Positions 60,904-64,000 of a stretch of 64,000 nt of DNA are shown here, one piece after another. A program made the position numbers and the translations under genes. How positions within the stretch are numbered: the first letter of the stretch is position 1; each line of letters opens with the position of its first letter. The notes beneath the pieces are model-generated. The model worked only from the letters and a program-made list of their open reading frames with translations, was not told where the DNA came from and did no database searches. The stretch is from assembly GCF_002571385.2 (NCBI RefSeq), contig NW_019218148.1, positions 10,226-74,225 on the forward strand. Direction: 5' to 3'. The stretch is from Stylophora pistillata. Taxonomy: Eukaryota.

Positions 60904-62246
60904 ATGGAAAAGAAGACTCGTGAGCAATGCGACCTTCGATCGAAAGAATGGAAATTAACCAAAAAGCTACACGCAGACACTAGAGATCTGTCATGCAGGG
61001 TGGCAGCGAAAGTACCTGGCGCTGAATCAGTAATATCTATTGCTAACAAGTTGGTGGACTTTCAAAGGCAAATCGTAGCTCAGGAAAAGGCTTTTAATGG
61101 CGTGAACGAGAGAGAAGAGAAAGAATTTCTTTGTTCACTTTGCGGATGTTTCTACATCGGGCCAGTTACGCTAAACTGTGGACATACGTTATGCAAGACA
61201 TGTATTGTTCCAGTCGGCGAAATTTCTATATCAGCTGTCTACTGTAAACTGTGTGGTTCTAAAAATCACGAAAATAATCTATCGGTGAACGTTCTCGTCT
61301 CACAGTTGATCCAAAAATGGTTTCCCCGCGAGTATCAACGAGAAGTAAAGCATTTGGAGAAAGCCATACAAGGTGAACTACAGGATAACCATCAAAAAAT
61401 CGTCGAAAGCTTGTCGGACGTCCTAAACAAGTCTCCAAAACACGTTATGGCGTTAAAATTGCGAAGTCATGCCTTCTTACAGATGGGGCTTCCCAAAAAG
61501 GCTCTAGAAGACGTCGACCTTGCCTGTGATTTACGACCGTTTCTTTGGAGTGTTTTTCATCACCGTGGACTGGTGTTAATGGCAATGGGAGACTACCACC
61601 GCGCTGCAAGTAGTCTTTCGCGCGCCGTAGCACTAGATCCTAATGTAGACCCGGCGCAGTTTCAGTCAGAATTGCTAACCTGTCTGACTCATACGCTGGA
61701 TTCTGAGCGGGTTGACCCGAGCAGAGAGCTATTCCCTGAACAGTATTTTAGAGATTTAAACCGAGACAAAGCACGTCAGAGCCTTCACGCAGACAAAGCA
61801 AATAATCAGTCTCCTAGAGAGAGTTTTCTTGAAAAGAGATCTTCCCTAAAGCGTCCTATTGAAGACACTTCTGATAGTTGTTCACTATGCTCGCGAGAAT
61901 GGGGATCCAAGTATTTCAAATCCGCGACAGAACTCATTTTAAATTCTACTGACCTTTGTGAGGCTAATGCCGTGAAAGAGCTTGAAGATCTGGAATGCAA
62001 AGTCTGTTATAATATTCTGTATCAGCCAGTCACTACAACCTGTGGACACACCTTCTGCAGGACATGCTTACACAGGGGGCTGGATTATAGATCAGAATGC
62101 CCTTACTGTCGTCGTGCTCTAAATTGCGGGGTCGAAAGGAACATTAAGATAAATGTGATCATTAAAGAGACTGTGGAGAAATTATTTCCTGACGAATACG
62201 CCGAAAGAGAGAAGAGCTTTATGAAAGAAAAGTCACGTTGGGAGGG
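60904..62246 (+). CDS. LON peptidase N-terminal domain and RING finger protein-like (RING-TPR-RING), first coding exon; remainder not identified in the window
   Basis: Two C3HC4 RINGs (CSLC..PVTLNCGHTLCKTC..CKLC; CKVC..PVTTTCGHTFCRTC..CPYC) flanking TPR-like helices (ALKLRSHAFLQMG, HHRGLVLMAMGDY..A..ALDP); GTGAGT donor at 62247. The LON domain itself is not seen. Confidence 0.8.
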
Positions 62247-64000
62247 GTGAGTGTTTGTTTTCTTTTAACTTTAGTAGCCTTAAGCCCCCCCCCCCCAACG
62301 TTCGTAGTTATATTTGTCCGCTTTCGTTTCGCGACTCTCAGGTTATGCTATCACGCTCCTCGCGTAGAGAGATCGATTCTCACGCTTCACGCGTTTTTTA
62401 TAGGGAACGGAAAGACCTGCTACAGAAAATAGCGCGGAACTGTTTCCAGAATTATGTTATTTCGTTCCGATTTTCATGAAAATCTTTCTTGTTTCACTTA
62501 TGTTTAGCACATGTTACGTCACACATTACGTTTCGTCCTAAAATTTAGCAAGTGCTCAGTGACAGTTGAAAGTGAAAGAATAGTTTTCGTAAATTACATA
62601 ATATAATTAACTTCCGCACCCGGCTTTTCTTTCGCGGTTTTTAAAACACGTGTTTGAAAACGTGGGAAAGTTCTTGTTGCTGTGTCATATTAAATTACCT
62701 CTACCTAAATTGTTAATTCATATAATGCACTGTGAAATGTTTGAAGAGAGCAAACAACGGTTAGGAGACTGTGCTCTCTCCGACGTACTGTTGCTATGAG
62801 TGTAGATGTTTCTTGACTCGAGACAATCGATTTTGTATTTGTTTCAAAAGAACCTAACTAAAGAAGGGGAAGTTTGACTGTGCATAAGTCTTGCAAGAAG
62901 TCTTCTCTGTAATAAAATCGAAGTAGTGTTAACAGAATCGCTGATCTGTTAGCTGGTCCCTGGTCGATCAGCCCGACTTCAACTAAATTGAACAAAACTA
63001 GTGATCTTTCGTCTTTGAGGGCAGAGTTTTGAGTTGTACGCTTACGTGCACGTGGCCCTCGGAATATGAAAATCAGTTGATATGTGGTTATTTTGAAGTT
63101 ATATCTACATAACAATTTGTGAAATTAATTATCTAAGTAGAGATCAAGTTCGATGTTAAAATTTGCGAGTATTAAGCTTTATCGTGATGAAATGTTAAAC
63201 CCGTATCACACTGAGAAAAATTTATTGCAGTTGATACTACATGACAGAACGCACGTAGAGACATTAAGGTGTTATATAATATCCCACGATATATTCATTC
63301 CATTTATTACGATCCTTTTGCAAACGCAGCGATTAAACTGTACTCAAGCCACTTAAGAACTCATTAATCTATCACGTAGAATATATTGAACCCATTGTTT
63401 GGTGATATAAGCTTCCTATTGTGTGAAGTTTTTAGCATGGGCTTATATTTAACAATAGCACGGAAACGCATTTATGCCGGTAACAAGAATCCTCAAATTA
63501 GTTATATAACATGTTCAAAGGTTGCATAACATTATGTAATGGTTTTAGTCCTCGAGAGCTATGTGAAAAATTTACACCATAATCTATAACACTTATGTGG
63601 AAACGGCGAGGTACATCGTAATACACAGCCCTTAATGATGGGAGAAGTAGACTCTCACTGGAAATTCAATGAGTTGCGCAAATTTGCTAGTGTCAATAAT
63701 GGTCACTGTGTTCATGGTTAATTTGTTTCATAATTTGATTGGAGTCTTTGAATTTGGAATCTTAAGTAGTCGTGTATTTTTCGTGTTTTCAGTCGATTTA
63801 AGAACTATAGTCGGGTTATCCCTCTTCAATTTTACAGTAGAAGGGAGACTCAAAGACATGATCTGGAAAAATCCTTGACGGTTATGATTAAAGCATTATC
63901 CAATTTCACGTTGGAAAACGCGACTAGCTATGTATCTGTAAGACGCAAACTGAATGTTAATCGAGTTAAGAGCTTTGTTCGTGTTTTCCTCTTTGATGCT

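Noticed and set aside
63792-64000. Open frame after a TTTTCAG acceptor as a possible LONRF exon 2
   Set aside because: Translation shows no LON-domain resemblance.

Overview
Eukaryotic, AT-rich, intron-rich animal DNA. The gene and repeat content suggests an anthozoan, probably a stony coral (inference). I assembled the gene models by hand from GT-AG junctions and reading phase. In order: (1) the 5' part of an SLC22-type transporter on the minus strand, head-to-head with (2) a large secreted matrix-protein locus (5.3-27.9 kb): signal peptide, Pro/Tyr-rich, WSC-like, Cys/Gly-rich, six vWA domains, Gly/Ser repeats, and two duplicated LamG-like terminal exons; (3) an orphan frameshifted SLC22 last exon, then a complete SLC22 gene; (4) two tandem secreted genes sharing one architecture: signal peptide, low-complexity region, TSP1 repeats, an unrecognised 6-Cys module repeated 2-3 times, and an Asp-rich tail, with three antisense tRNA-Lys(CTT) copies in introns of the first; (5) the first coding exon of a LONRF-like RING-TPR-RING gene. 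Introns hold MITEs, SINEs, a LINE fragment and Penelope-like fragments with minimal hammerhead ribozyme motifs. The best candidates for something undescribed are the TSP1/6-Cys/poly-Asp gene pair and the two-ended vWA locus, possibly a skeletal or extracellular matrix gene cluster. No database searches were possible.
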